Part shown: positions 1 through 13,477 of the stretch, in pieces
How positions within the stretch are numbered: position 1 is the first letter of the stretch
Layout of the letters: each line of letters opens with the position of its first letter
Source: Chiloscyllium plagiosum
Lineage: Eukaryota
Length of the DNA stretch: 64,000 nucleotides
Assembly (NCBI RefSeq): GCF_004010195.1
Contig: NC_057719.1
Coordinates: 17,718,165-17,782,164, forward strand
Direction: 5' to 3'
Notes under the pieces: generated by a model
Told to the model about the DNA's origin: nothing
Database searches by the model: none
Seen by the model: the letters and a program-made list of their open reading frames with translations, nothing else
Translations under genes and position numbers: made by a program

Positions 1-617
1 CCACCTCTTCACTAGCGGCTTAACTGTTATGTTGGTGGTATAGGCATGCTAAGCCCCATAATGAAAATGTTCCTGTTCATTATTTTAAGTGTATGGTATT
101 TTACTCGATGGACATTCAATGTTGTGTTGCTCAGTAAGGAAAGAATGGTATCAGAATTCAGGGGAACTTCCAGCATGGTTTGGCCCTCTGAAAAAGGAAA
201 CCAATCTTCAACAGCAGACCACAGTGGCACACAAGAAAGCTCCTCATAGTAGGGTGATGAAATTATCACAGTTCCTTTCACGGATAATTTATGTATACAG
301 ATTTTGTGTGACAAAACATCCCATTCTTCAAAATTCCCAGGACTTATCACAATAAAATAATGATAACTCTTTAATTTGTAAATTTACAAAGGCAAATATC
401 TGCTTGTTTCATATTAAAGATCATATGAATGCAAGGAATAAACTTGTTTTGCTCTTTGAATGGGAATCTATGGAAAAATTCATCTATTTCACTTCCAATT
501 TTCACCCTGTGCTCACCTTCACTTGATCCATTTCTGACTCCTTCCTTCCTTCCCTGCCTTGATAACTGTTTCCATTTTGGGGAGGGGGGGGGGGGGNNNN
601 NNNNNNNNNNNNNNNNN

Positions 618-1700
618 CCAAACTCCCATGATTACCTAGACGGGGGCTTCCGAAATGTCCACCTTCTTCCTCAACTGAGAATTCCCCACCACCATGGTTA
701 CCAGGTTAACTCAGTCCTGCCTGATCCATCTCCAACACTTCTTTCCTCATCCCTTGTTTTTCCTCCCATACAGCAATTGCCCCCCCTCCCCCGTCCTTCC
801 TTACCCTCACATCCAAAGGATCATTAGCTACCATTTTTGTAATTCCAGCAGGATGCCACAAACAGACATATATTCTCCTCCCCTCCCTTGTTAGCTTTCC
901 CCAGGGACCGTTCCCTTCAGGAAACCCTGATCCACTCCTCCTCCATTCTCAACACTTTCCTCACACCTCCATGAAATCGCAGGTGTATTACCTGCCTGTT
1001 TACTTACTCCCTACTCATTATCCAAGCCCTCATACACACCTCTCTCTTTGGTCTAAGCTTTTGAACATTTGCTCTTCTGTCTCCTTACATGGTGAAGCAC
1101 TAATTTACCTCTACTTCACCAACCTAATCTACTGATTCACTGTTCACAATGTGGTGCCCTCTACACTGGGGAGATGAAATGTAAACTGGGTGACCACTTT
1201 TCAGAACACCTATGTTCTGCCTGCAAACATCACCCTGAGTTTCCAGTTGCCAACTCAACATATCATGTTCCCTGGTCAATATCTCTGTCTCAGACTTGTT
1301 GCAGTGCGCCAGCAAAGCTCAGCATAACATTTTCCACTTGGATACACTGCAGCATTCGAGTTCAACAATTTCAAGGTCTGAGCGCCTTCTCCTGTGTCCT
1401 TACCCCAACCCCTTCACTCATCACTTCGGCTGCTACCATAACCAACCCATTGTCAGCCACTAATGGTCCCAATTAGCAGCTATTCATTCTCCCAGGCTGA
1501 CCTTTACCCATTCCTTTGTTCTCTCTGGGCTTCATCTCCACCTATCGTTTACTCACCACCACCCCTTCACCATATCTCCCCTTTTCCTAGCTACCATCAG
1601 TTCTGAAAAACGGTTACTGGACCCAAAATGTTTACTCTGCTTTCTGTCCCCAAATGTTGCCAGACCTGCGGAGATTCCCCCAGCAATACTGATTTTGTAG
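618..1700 (+). mobile_element. Degraded Penelope-like element 3' part (GIY-YIG endonuclease remnant plus terminal pLTR)
   Basis: Around 1140-1260 reads CSQCGALYTGEMKCKLGDHFSEHLCSA...FPVAN (resembles the PLE GIY-YIG motif LYIGETKRRLGDRFAEHL); ends with agttctgaaaaacggttactggacccaaaatgtttact...gccagacctgc...ccagca, the pLTR/hammerhead-like module. Confidence 0.75.
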
Positions 1701-2499
1701 CCTCTCCTTTTTCCTTTCTAAGATGTATTTTAACACTGTGCTTGTTGCAGTGGCTGATGAAGAGGCAGTGATCACAAGTCACAACCTAGGACTGCAAGAA
1801 CCCAAGCTGGATAGCTTTTCCTTACTAAATGTTTGATGAATATAAACATTTAGCAAATGTTTGCATAATACCACAGACATGGCAAGGAACAATTTTGACA
1901 AGAATATCCTGACACAAGAGTAAATACATGGATCAAAACAGCAAATAGGGCTTATTCCTTTCACATTTATTCTACTGATCCTATTTACTTTCCTTAGACT
2001 TTCCAGAATAAGCGATGCAATGTGTTTCAATTGGAGACAATCATTTCCATCTTGTAACTTAGGAAAATTTCCATTAATCATTAGTATATACAGAAATGTT
2101 TGTTTTCTAAACTATGCTTAATTAAAAACTTACTAAAGGCCTTGCCCATCAACTGAAATGGACAAAATGCTTTCCACTAAATGCTTCCCTTGCTTACAGA
2201 AGCAAAATGGGTGTTAGCAAAGCACATGGAAGGAGTTATGTAATGAGAGGATGAGACGAGCAATGGGGGCATTGAACAAACTGAGAATTACTGACTTTCT
2301 ACCATCATTTATGCAGACATCTTCTAATTTACACTTGGCAGAAATTTTCTTCTGCAGCCTTTCCTTTATCAAAAAAATCCCGAAATAACTTGAACACAAA
2401 CTACATTTTCAACAATTTATCTGATGCTAGCACTGCATAAGTCTGACATTTGACTTTATTCACCCAACTGGGGCGATGTACCTGATTCAATAATTTCAT

Positions 2500-2819
2500 A
2501 TGATTAGGGGTTTAGATAGGGTCGAAAGTGAGAATCTTTTTCCACGTATGGAGTCAGCTATTACAAGGGGGCATAGCTTTAAATTAAGGGGGGGTAGGTA
2601 TAGGACAGATGTTAGGGGTAGGCTCTTTACTCAGCGAGCCGTGAATTCATGGAATGCCCTGCCAGTAGCAGTGGTGGACACTCCCTCATTATGGGCATTT
2701 AAGCGGGCATTGGATAGGCATATGGAGGATAGTGGGCTAGTGTAGGTTAGGTGGGCTTGGATCGGCGCAACATCGAGGGCCGAAGGGCCTGTACTGCGCT
2801 GTATTCTTCTATGTTCTAT
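2500..2819 (+). mobile_element. CR1 LINE 3' end (5'-truncated)
   Basis: MIRGLDRV...TRGHSFKL...FTQRAVNSWNALP = CR1 ORF2 C-terminus; tail gggcctgtactgcgctgtattcttctatgttctat. Confidence 0.9.
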
Positions 2820-4302
2820 ATAGTAAGCTAATTAAAAATTAAAACACCTGCTATTGCACGGAGATACCAACCAGTACATCTAGTGACAAGAATTTCTGGC
2901 GAGTATGTAAAAATTTACCACAAGCTACAATTTTGACAATTTGTCAGAAGGCTAAGAAGCGGCTCCAATTAAAGCAAACCCGATGTAAATAAATGTTCGT
3001 GAACATTATTTGCATCATGACATTTTAACTTTTGTGCATCTTTTATTGACCAGGGCAATTTTAATTATATGACTGGTATAGATATTTGGACATCTTAATG
3101 TGTAAGTCTTGTCTCACATTATTTTGTTTGGTGAGCCTGTCATTGTAAGCTAGTGGGTAGTAGATAGATTTGTTTATTTTTAAGCAGCTAGTTCAGCCTT
3201 GCTTATTGCACACGTAACAGGAAGGCGGTTAAACCAAACAGTTATTATAAAAGCACTACTGATATGCATACTGGTATTACTGGAAAAACACACTTTTTGG
3301 TACATTCAATTAAGTATATTGTGTTTGAGTATACCCCAACAATATACCAAACATTCTTGGGTCAGAAACAATTTCTGCTGTCTTCTCCAACAACACTCTT
3401 CTATACCCACTATGCATCACATCTGTTAATTGTATTGCCTTCCACACTTGCAACTTGCTTATGCTATGATCATTAAAACCTAATATATATTTTTATTCTA
3501 AGGCTCCAGATAACCTTCTGGATGCATCATTCCTATGTCCGGTAAATTGCAAATCATTTAAGTAATGTTGATAATTCCCAGTATCAGCAAAATATGACAG
3601 TAAGAGTTACGAGAATTGAGGTCACTTTACCTCAAGAGAAAAGGACTGTAAAGGTAAGTTATTTCAAAGTAGCAAAATGAATTGTTAAATGTTGACCCAA
3701 AGGCTGCTTCTTAATAGCAGGACAAGTTACAATGGAAGAAATTAAACTGGGAAAGCTGTTGGAGCAAGTGTACTCAAAGGAAGTTACAGTCGTGGAACAC
3801 ATTCTCAAATACTGCATGGGCAGTATATGTTGAATTGAGAGGACTACATGTGCTTCTGAAAAAATAATATTTGACTGATGTGGGTAGGAGCTATTAGGCC
3901 TAATGGCTTTTCTTCATTCAGAAAGTTTTGCTCAGTCCACTTACAAATTAGCCAGTGTTGATCAAAACCATTGCACATAGTGTCTTGCACTTCTACTAGA
4001 CTTGGCTTCCACCAAACAGGTCCATTATTGTTTCTATATTTTATATCAGCCACAGCATTTAACTCTGTTGAATATTTTTTTTCTCAATAAAGCAGCCCAC
4101 TCACTGTCTGACACGAGTGCTTCTGCTTTTCATCATGTTATGTAACCCCAATCCTTTGTCAGTGCTGGAAACATTATGTCATTAGGTTTGCATAAGATTT
4201 TCAAGTTTTTGTTTATGAAAATCATTCATTATGGATGCATTCTAATATAGGATTTTTTTTGAAATCCCTAAAAATAGCATCTTCAAAAGAACCAACTGCT
4301 TT

Positions 4303-4408
4303 AAGTTATGAAGAATGGTCTTTGGACTTGAAACGTTAACTCTTATTTTCCCTCCAAAGACGCTGCCGGACCTGCTGAGTTTCTCCAGCAGTTTCTGTTT
4401 TTTGCTTT
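4303..4408 (+). mobile_element. Solo Penelope pLTR-like unit, older subfamily, degenerate hammerhead
   Basis: agtt-atgaaga-atggtctttggactt-gaaacgtt-aact...gctgccggacctgctgagtttctccagca. Confidence 0.65.
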
Positions 4409-5081
4409 ATATTATAGTTGGAATAATATCACGTTTTTGGATAAAAGAATCCTAATTAAAATAACCAACTTAACTTCTTATTCAAAAAAGGAACTTTTTC
4501 ACAAAAGGTACACACAAAAGAGTCCATTTCTTATTGTAATATACCCAGTTGATTTTTTGTTTTACACAGCTTTTGATAAACCGGTGCCAATAGATATGAA
4601 GTGCAATTATAAAAGATAAACTAATGGGACAATTGTTTTCTGCAAATAAGGGAAGAGCAAAGAGTGAAGAAATGGTTTCATTTGTGAACAGAAATAGTAC
4701 CAATGGATTCGCGTGCACGTGTGTACAATACTCAAAAGGATGAAATGATGTCCAATTGGTATGAACTGAATGTGAGAATGTATTTACAAAAAGATGGTTT
4801 TAAAAGGGTGTATTGGTTAATTCATGATGGCGCTGTATGTCACAATGGGTTCTTGCTTACTTACGCACTGACTAATAGCATATTTTAACAAGATTCTGAT
4901 GATTACTGACCTACTCAACAGGATAAGTGGGCCGTTAGGACTCAGCCAGATGTCACAATATGACGTGCAGATATGTTCCATCATCATTTCTAGTGCCATC
5001 GAAGGTTTTATTATCTGAGTCTTCATTGTGCTCAACTTGACCTGTGATACCATGAGTCATGCAGGTGCTCGCTGCTAAACA

Positions 5082-5087
5082 TTTATT
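5082..5087 (-). terminator. Candidate polyadenylation signal AATAAA (second candidate at 5007-5012)
   Basis: Plus-strand tttatt; minus-strand context gtttaacAATAAAtgtttagcagc near the end of the TE-free block. Confidence 0.45.
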
Positions 5088-7728
5088 GTTAAACCCACAT
5101 ACTGAGGAGGGTGGGGGGGGAAAAAATAGGCAGAAAGGAAGAAGTTTGAAGATTGTAAAGATAACTTTTGATTTATTTTTTTCACTTGAAAATGGGACAA
5201 ACATTTGGATGTGTGTATGAATGAAATGGTAGACACAAGCTGAAAACAGTGTGGATTAGGAGAGGGCTTGATTTTGTACAGAAAAACAGAACAATAAATA
5301 TTTCACAAAGCCAAGCTGATGTGACCTCTGGTCAGCACTTCAACATAAAAAAAAGGATAACGTGCATCTGTTTTAAACAGAGCACAACACAAGCAATAAT
5401 AAATAGTTCAAACTTGTAGTATAAGACCAAATCTCAAGTTACAATAAAAAGCTCTAAATACAGAAATAGAAAAAAAGCTAATAAAATATTTTGCCTTGCC
5501 ATTACAAATAGGTCCAACTCAAGTGGCATTGATTTGCTTTGCATTTTAAGTACAATTCTTAAAAATACAACAGCACCGTTAAAAGTGTTTTGGTCATGAT
5601 AAAACAACCTGTGGACTGTATTTAACAGAGGTGGGATGAAACGTAAGTCTTAACCTTTGAGTGTTTGTCAGTACTTTTCCTTGCATAACTCCTCATTGAA
5701 TGTATACAATGTTAACTGGTTGGTGGTAAATGGCAGCATGGGGAGGTGGATCTCGTGCAGTGGCACACAATGTCGGAAGCTGCTGAAACAACACAGCTCA
5801 AACACTGAATAGTGATGGAGAACAACATCAGAGCATTGAACACCACTATATAAAGGAAAAGTTTAAATCCATTAACCCTAAACTCACCCAATATAAAATG
5901 GTCATAGGCAGTACGCCAATACAATAAACTACTATGTTGGATTTTTGTTTTGAAAGATTTGTCATCTTTAGGGAAGCAGGTACTACAAGTTCTCTATATA
6001 AATCCACTGTGCAGCTTCTACACTGGCTCAATTTAGAGTTTATTAGTTCTCTAGCTTAGTTCTCTAGCACCAAGTTCTGGAATCTGACACTTCCATCAAC
6101 CTTTCACAGATAAAATCTGAAAACTTCGGTATATACTTTAGGTTTTATCTAGTTCTGTAAACCTGTGTCCATTGTAACATATGCAGTGGCTGCCAATATG
6201 CAAATACTTAGTTTTCACCAGCTGACTAATTTTTTTCCCTTTGTGGCTGAAAAGACTGCTGTAAAATATTGCAGTAATATCTTAAATTTAATTCCCTGCC
6301 ACCCCTCAGTGGCATGAAACCTGCTCAAACAAGAGATACTACCTTCCTGTATACTTCTGTATTACTGCCTATTTACTAACGTTTTCCTTAAAGCTTTCCT
6401 GTGCCAAGGACCACTTAGAAACATAGCAATGTGCCGTCACTATTCTATCTTATACTGGTAAAACAGACCTTAGTTGGAACTATGTGGGTACCAAATATAA
6501 CAATTTGATAAGACAATAGTGACCATTTGATGACAATGTATTATTCTGAAATCAACTTTCTGGTCCAATATTTCACTACAGTAATGACCAAAGTGCTTTT
6601 TCTGCTTTCTGCTTGTTTTACAAGGAAGATGTAAACAGGGAAGTAAAAATAAAACCTTTGACTGACATGCCAGAAGCCCCATGAAGTGCTACACTGAGGA
6701 GAAGTTGGCTCCATGGACTGCTCCTTCTTGACATAATGAATTTAACATTTTCTTTTTAACCAATGAATATTGTCTGTCAAAGTTGATACCTTTGTTGCTG
6801 GTGCCCAAACATTATGAGGTGCATCTCTTGAACTGACAAGGTTGACACTCAACCCTGGCTTCGGTTACTACAGGCTCAACCTCCTTCCATCTCACCGAAT
6901 TACTCACAGTAATAAGGATGATGCAGGGGAAACCTGTCAAAAACACTTTCCACTAGAGCTAGAGAAAAATGCATAAATAGTACCTGGTCACCTTATATTG
7001 GTAAAATCAATTACGAACTTGTAACTGTCAACCGCTGACACAACCTAGGTCAAACGATGATAGCTGCTGCAGATCAAGAGATATGCAATGGAGCCTCTAC
7101 AGCTTTCATGCTACATTTTATTCACAGAAAAGCGCTGGAATGTCTGAATATCAAACTCACTAACAATTGGATATTTCAAGCCACTTAGCCCACCAACTGA
7201 TAAGCAACTTTGAACACGTGGAGTTTAATGTATGCTGCCCATGCCTTTAGGTAGTGGAGTGATAATATTTCAGACCTTAGCAGTTAAAGATTATTCATCC
7301 AGGATGGCTTTTGTTTTGTTTCTGCCTTTTAGTGCAAATTTCAAAGTGTCAAAATACAAAAGGTTTCATCCCACCTCTTATCTACTATTGTGTACGTTGA
7401 GAAACCCGTGGAATGTGAAATAAGGTGTGAATGATCCTGTTAACACAAAAATGTTAAAAAAAACAAATGGCAGTTAGATCAACATATACTTGTATCTGCC
7501 TCATCAGTTTTACACAGCAGCAGATCAAGGAGGCCTGAAACCCAAATCCCCATGGAAATGTAAAACAAAATAGTGCCATGCACGTAACGTGGATGCATCA
7601 GGGACAAGAGAGGAGGTTCAAGAGAAAATAAAAATAAGGAACCATTGAAGGGAGTTCCATTTTGGAAAAATGCAGTATTTGTTCACTACCATTAGTGGTC
7701 GCTAGCGCACTGACAATTGAATGTTTCA

Positions 7729-7742
7729 GTGACATCTAGTGG
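7729..7742 (-). promoter_or_regulatory. CTCF-like motif in 3'UTR
   Basis: Reverse complement CCACTAGATGTCAC; one mismatch to the core. Confidence 0.4.
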
Positions 7743-10700
7743 TCACTACATATTGCAAACCTCAGTTTAACTTAATCATTGTTTTCTTCAAAAAAAAAGC
7801 TGGGTAACTATTTTATGAAACTTACAAAAGGCAGAAATGTGCCCAAAATAAGGAAACCTCTCATCCCTGTGAGTATACACCTGCCCAACATGGACATTAT
7901 ACAATTCATCTGCTGTCTTCAATGTCACGTACTGAATGACCCTTAAAAGCAGCGCAAGATGCAACATATTTTAGTTTTCATTCAGTCCAATTTACATTGA
8001 TCTGACTCTGACCACAATGGATTTGAAGTGAGTCCACGTGAATAGGGAGAGTGAAGGCAGCAAATCATGAACAAAAAAAAAATGAGACAGACTAGCAAAA
8101 CTGTAAACCGTGCATATCCAACAGGGAATCTGGGAGGGAAACTGTACAAATGAAAATCAAATTATCAGTGACCAGCAATGCATTTCCTAATTCCTTTTTG
8201 TATTTTTTTTTAACAAAAGGTCGTTACACGACCTTTCTTTTTCTCCTGTACAATAAGATTTCAGAACATACAAATTATTTTTGCACTATTTGTTTATCCT
8301 GCCAAAATTAAAAAAATATATTATGGCAGCCTGTGTGTTCTTTTTCTAATCCACTACCAAAAAAAAGGTACTTTTTTGTCGTACCTTTAAAAGGACAAGC
8401 AAACAGTTAAAAAATACAAGCTCCTGTATAAATACAGCAAGTGCCTACACTATTATGAACCAATACCAAGTAACCATTCCAGAGAAACAGAGGGAAAAAA
8501 GTACAGGTCAGGAATGTGATTTAAGCAAAGCAATTACATGAATATGCACTTTTCTACTATTTTTTTTCTTGTCTACATATGGTAGCAGTAATCGTTCTTC
8601 CCAATACAAGTTCTATACAATTTTTGAAAAAAGATAAAACACCCAAGGCAAAAAAGTCTACTAAAACTGATAGTCAATTAGACTTTACAATTACAGTGAC
8701 AAATACAATTTTAGACCCACAAATTTACTGCAACAATTTCCATTTTTGAAAAAAAAATTTTTTTTGTTTTTTTTCTCCATTTTGTAAAATGCCCAGGCAT
8801 TCTCCATTATTACAAATACTGGTACACTTTTACAGTGATCAAGAAACTGTAATATATATATTAAACCCCTTCACCAGTTGAATCAGAGAACCAATATACA
8901 CATGGCCATAATGGCATCCATGTATTTACTAAGCAAACTTCGGAAAAAAAAAAATCTCTTGATCATTCAACAAACACACGCACGCACACACACACACAAT
9001 TTTTTTTTGTTATTTTTTTCCACCTTTGTATATATTCAATACTGTAAACTTATTCGAGACTGAGTGCACTAATTCTGTTCAGAACAAAAAAAAATAAGGA
9101 GTAGCCATTGTTCCTGATGAGTAACTGTCTTTACGTTCTTGGTGGGACTCTGGAGGCGTCTTTTTTTTTAAAAACTTTTGAGCCTTGCTACAGTGGGGTT
9201 CCCACAGTTTAAGCAGCGTCCTGCAGCGTCAATTGATGAGAACAGACCGTCAAACTGTTTTTCCGAAGTTGATTAGATGGGTAGGGGGGGCAAGTGGGGG
9301 GGGAAGGGATGCTGTTTCGTCTTCACCAACTTGTAGCGGCTGGCGTGAAGTTCCGCTGAATTTATTTTTTGTTTTTGTTTTACAAATGCTGGATTGTTGG
9401 TGCGTGTAGAACTCTAGAATCTAATATGACGTACATTTTTCTCTTTGTTGTGTGATTTTTTTTTCTCTTCTTCAAATCAGTACTTTTTTTTAACTTCACA
9501 AAAAATGGTTTTGCATTTGTCTCAGAGACTCATTAGGAAGATCAAATATTCAAGGCACTCATGTCAAATTGAATGGCAGTATAAAAACCGTCAACTGACA
9601 TTAACATTTTTTTTTTATAGTGCCAGCATTGTGAATGCTATGCTAAGCAACACTGACACTTTTAATCTCAGTTGTTCCCTAATGTATACCATAACCCTTT
9701 TGGACCATAGATTTCCCATAGTTTCTTGTTCAGAAGTCGCAGTTTCTATAATTAAAAAAACAAATATGTTAAGGTGCGGGTTCAAAAAAAGGAAATATCT
9801 CAGGTACAAATTTAGCTATTTAACACAGTGGCCAAAGACCATCTACCCCTAATGGCAAAATAGCAGTGCATTTCTACAATAATGCAAGTCGCTCACAATC
9901 GAGCACAGATGTTTCCTTAGGTGTTGGCAATAATGCACTTTTGACTTTGTTCAGATTTACTTCGCTGTGCATTTTATTCACTAATTAGTAACACAACTAA
10001 AAGTCCGTTATTGCTTAGGTTAAGTTTCTGGCTGGTACAACTGGATACCAGATAGTAAACTGCCTCTCTCATTTGCTTACTGCTTTTTTTTAAAACGTTA
10101 TTAACTGTGTTATGTTTAGGCAGGCGTCTTTGATGAAAAGCGACAATGGCAGTTCCAGACACCATAGACTGGCAAGATCAGTGCTACATTTCGAACCCAG
10201 CTTGTAATAAAAGCCTATTAAGTGCTACGATTAGGATTGTGATCCGCTGTGGCTTTTTCTCATCTTACAATTAAAAAAAAGAAATTTGTGCAATTCCAAT
10301 CCTTCCTCCCCATATTTTTTAAAAAAAATAAAAGAATGAATAAACGCGGCTTCTATTCAAGAAATTACTGCGTTGAGTAGCTTAACTATTCAATTCCACA
10401 TAAGCAGCGGCCCGGGTCAAGGGTTATTTCTACAGGTCTGCACCTCAAAATGCAAGTAATCTCAGGTTTCTTTTTGAAAAGTGGGTAAAATCAAAAGGGA
10501 CACCCATAACAAAAATAAAGTTTCAAACAACGAAAAATAAAAAGGAAAAGGAAAAAAAATACCTGCACATGATGCTTGAAAAAATATTTTAAAAAAACAA
10601 TAAATACAGAAATTATTGCACAGTTGAAAAGGCTCAACATTATTTTACTGCCTCTATATCACCCTCAGGTTTGATTGAGCTTCTCAGACACAAATTATAC

Positions 10701-10834
10701 CTTGAAAATATTTAAGTGCCACAGGAGGCACTCTGGGCCGACTTTCTCAGTTGGCAATTAATTAAGCTTTACAATTGAATTTTTTTGTGTGTGTGTTTTT
10801 TTTTAAAACCAAGTCTCTTTTACTTCAAGGAGCT

Positions 10835-11840
10835 TTAGCTTCTTTCTGCTTGTTCGATTTTTACGTCGCTTGTCAGCAAATGTTCTCCATGCCATTTTTT
10901 CATGTGTTTCTCAAGGGTGCTGTAAACGCTGAAGGGCATTTGACAAATGTCGCACCTGTAAACCTCCTTGCCGATCTGGCCGTGCGTTTTCATGTGGCGC
11001 GTCAGCTTGCTGCTCTGGGCGCATGCATAGTTGCAGAGCTCGCATTTGTAAGGCCGTTCGCCGGTATGGCTCCTGCGGTGCACTGTCAAGTTGCTGCAGT
11101 TTTTGAACACTTTGCCGCAGTACTCGCAAGTGTCGCTCCGGCGTCCTTCCTTGGAGCTCGGCCTCCCCGGGCCGGGCCCTCCCATGTGAGGGGTACTGCC
11201 GCTGCTGGCTGTGCCACTACGGCCAGAGAGTCCCCCGTCCAGCATGTCTCCAGGCGGTGTGGAGAACCTCAGGCTGCCGTTCTCCGAGGAGTGCTCAGAG
11301 GAAGTGGCGAAGGGAGATTGTCTAGAGTCGCCGAATCCCAGGAACGGGTCTTTCATGAAGTGCCTTGATGCTGCGTAGCCCACCAGCCATTGAGAGTAAA
11401 CATTCTCAGAGGGAATTAAAGGTGCTGAGGACAAATCCATGTCTTTCTCCATTTTAATTCTTTTTGAAGAAGCAACTGACAGAGAGGGACTAGTGATGAG
11501 AGGAGGTTTCCGCGGCAATGTGATAGGGAATGATTCACCGGGACCGAAGCCTCTTCCATTCACTGTGCCATCTTCCGGTCGATCCAGTTCACCTGCAACA
11601 GAGTCCTCATCTCCAGTGTCTCTCTGACCATCAGAGGATCGTTTTGAGAAGCTATTACGCTTCTGCTTATCGGTAAGCACATCGCTGTAATGCTGGATTG
11701 CACGGAGACCGACATTTTCCATGACTTTGCCCAGAACACAGTGTTTCTCATTCACTGGCAATTTGAAGCCATTCTCTCGGTTGCGACTCAGCTCGGAGTC
11801 CATACTGAAACTGGACTCGGGCCGGCTTTCGTTTTCCAGT

Positions 11841-11881
<41 letters not shown>

Positions 11882-12837
11882 GTTCTCATTCATCTGACCA
11901 GTGTTGAAATTGGTTATATTGGCTTTCAGGCCACATCCTTCTCCACTCGCATGTTCACTGGTGCCAGGTTCGGGTGAGCTGGTGGTGGAGAGCCCATCAT
12001 CTGACCTGGCCGTGACGGAGGCTGACTTGTGTATGTGTGTCTTCATGTGACGTTTAAGCTTGCTGGCCTGGGAGCAGGCGTGGTCGCACAGCTGACACTT
12101 GTACGGCTTCTCTCCCGTGTGGCTGCGCCGGTGGACTATCAGATTGCTCTGGAACTTGAAGGTCTTCCCACAGAACTCGCAGGACTTACTCTTCAACTGT
12201 GACTGAGGAGGAGTTGTGCTGCTGGGGGGCATGGGGGGGAGTGGCGGAGTGCTCAGAAATGGCGACTTGGGGCTGGGCTGGAAGGGCTGAAGCAAGCGAT
12301 GCATAGGATTGTGACGGCTGGGCGACAAGGGCGGAGTGGAGCTGTTGTTCCCTGCTAGTTCTCGGAGCCTCCTGGAGAAGTCCATAGTCTGGGATTCCAT
12401 ACCCAGTGGGTGGTTCAAGCGCATTACTCTGTCAAAGGCACTATGATGCTGAGATACCAAGCCCATTTCATCAGCACTAAGGCGGTCCAGACGATGCGGG
12501 TCTAGATGATGGCGAGGCGGCGGGCTGAAAATGGGGGGCGTATTGGGGAGACGGCCATCGCCAAAGCCCGGGTGCTCCTGAAGTATAGGTCCAGTCATCC
12601 GTAGCAGGTTGAAAGGATTGTTCTCACCGAGAAAAGTAGTAAGGGGGGACTGTGAGATGGGGTCTGGTCCCAAGGAGGGGGGAAGGCCAATCCGAGGGGT
12701 AAGGGGACTGTTCGACGGATGCGTCTCCAAGTAAATCCGGAATCCGTGTGTATTCTGTGCATGTTGGAGCAGGAACCAAGCACTCATAAAAGGCTGCTTG
12801 CATGTTGTGCAAATGTAGCTTGAAGGCTCATCTTTAC
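10835..12837 (-). CDS. BCL11B: BCL11B terminal coding exon (ZnF1, ZnF2-3, E14 acidic tract, ZnF4-6, stop)
   Basis: Acceptor cctttctgctttcttgacag|GTAAAGATGAG at 12838/12837 (phase 1); stop TAA at 10837-10835. Translation [17 protein letters not shown]...[51 protein letters not shown]...[23 protein letters not shown]...[49 protein letters not shown]. The C-terminus, [22 protein letters not shown] and [18 protein letters not shown] are BCL11B-type rather than BCL11A-type. Confidence 0.97.
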
Positions 12838-12904
12838 CTGTCAAGAAAGCAGAAAGGTGCGTTTTAAAATATAATCACTCACACAATACAATATAAAATA
12901 TTAC

Positions 12905-13230
12905 CAACAGCAACCTTCATTCATGTAGCACTTTAACATGTTAAAGTGTCCTGGTGCACCTGACTGGAGAACTGCCAGAACTTTGATATGTGCCACAGAA
13001 ACAAATATGAGGACAAGTGACCAAAACAAAAGCATATCAAAGTAGGTTTAAGCAGTGTTGAGAGGAAAAGAGACCGAGCTAGAAAGCTGGAGATTTATTG
13101 AGGGAATTTCAGAACATGGGATCTGGATAGCTGAAGGCACAGGTTTCAACTTCAGAGTAACTGAAAAGCGGGTTTACGCAAAAGGTAACAATTGGAGATC
13201 TTGAAGGGTTTGAGAACTGGAGCAGTTTAC
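12905..13230 (-). mobile_element. Old L2-type LINE 3' fragment
   Basis: Resembles the copy at 53630-54230 (gaccaaaagcttgg...gggaattccaga pattern); the family assignment is tentative. Confidence 0.45.
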
Positions 13231-13237
13231 TGCTGAC

Positions 13238-13477
13238 CACAGAACAGGAACAGGCCCTCGAGCCCACTGTGACTGTGCTGACCATGATGCCATTCTAAAT
13301 TAATCCCATCTGTCTACTCTCTGCCTGTCTTTGTCAAAATGTTTCTTAGATGTTGCTATCGTATCTGTTTCTTCCACCTCCCCTGGCAGTGCGTTCCAGG
13401 TACCTATCACCCTCTGTTTAAAAAACGTGCCTAGGACATCTCCTTTGAACTTTTCCCTACTCATCTTAATCCTATTA
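13238..13477 (-). mobile_element. Old CR1 3' end, apparently continued at about 17700-17835
   Basis: agaacaggaacaggccc...tccacctcccctggcagtgcgttccagg...accctctg is the reverse complement of a CR1 3' end. Confidence 0.65.

Larger units (their letters stand above)
5060..10834 (-). other. BCL11B: Putative long BCL11B 3'UTR
   Basis: AT-rich unique sequence continuous with the stop codon, no recognisable TE, multiple miRNA seed matches, AATAAA at 5087-5082 and 5012-5007. The 3' end is inferred. Confidence 0.65.

Noticed and set aside
10775..11368. 197-aa plus-strand ORF
   Set aside because: Antisense shadow of the GC-rich zinc-finger exon; non-ATG start; no domain.
10835..12844. Single-exon 669-aa protein starting MTGKDEP
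   Set aside because: The start is a TTG inside the splice acceptor; the true start is in exon 1 at 47042.
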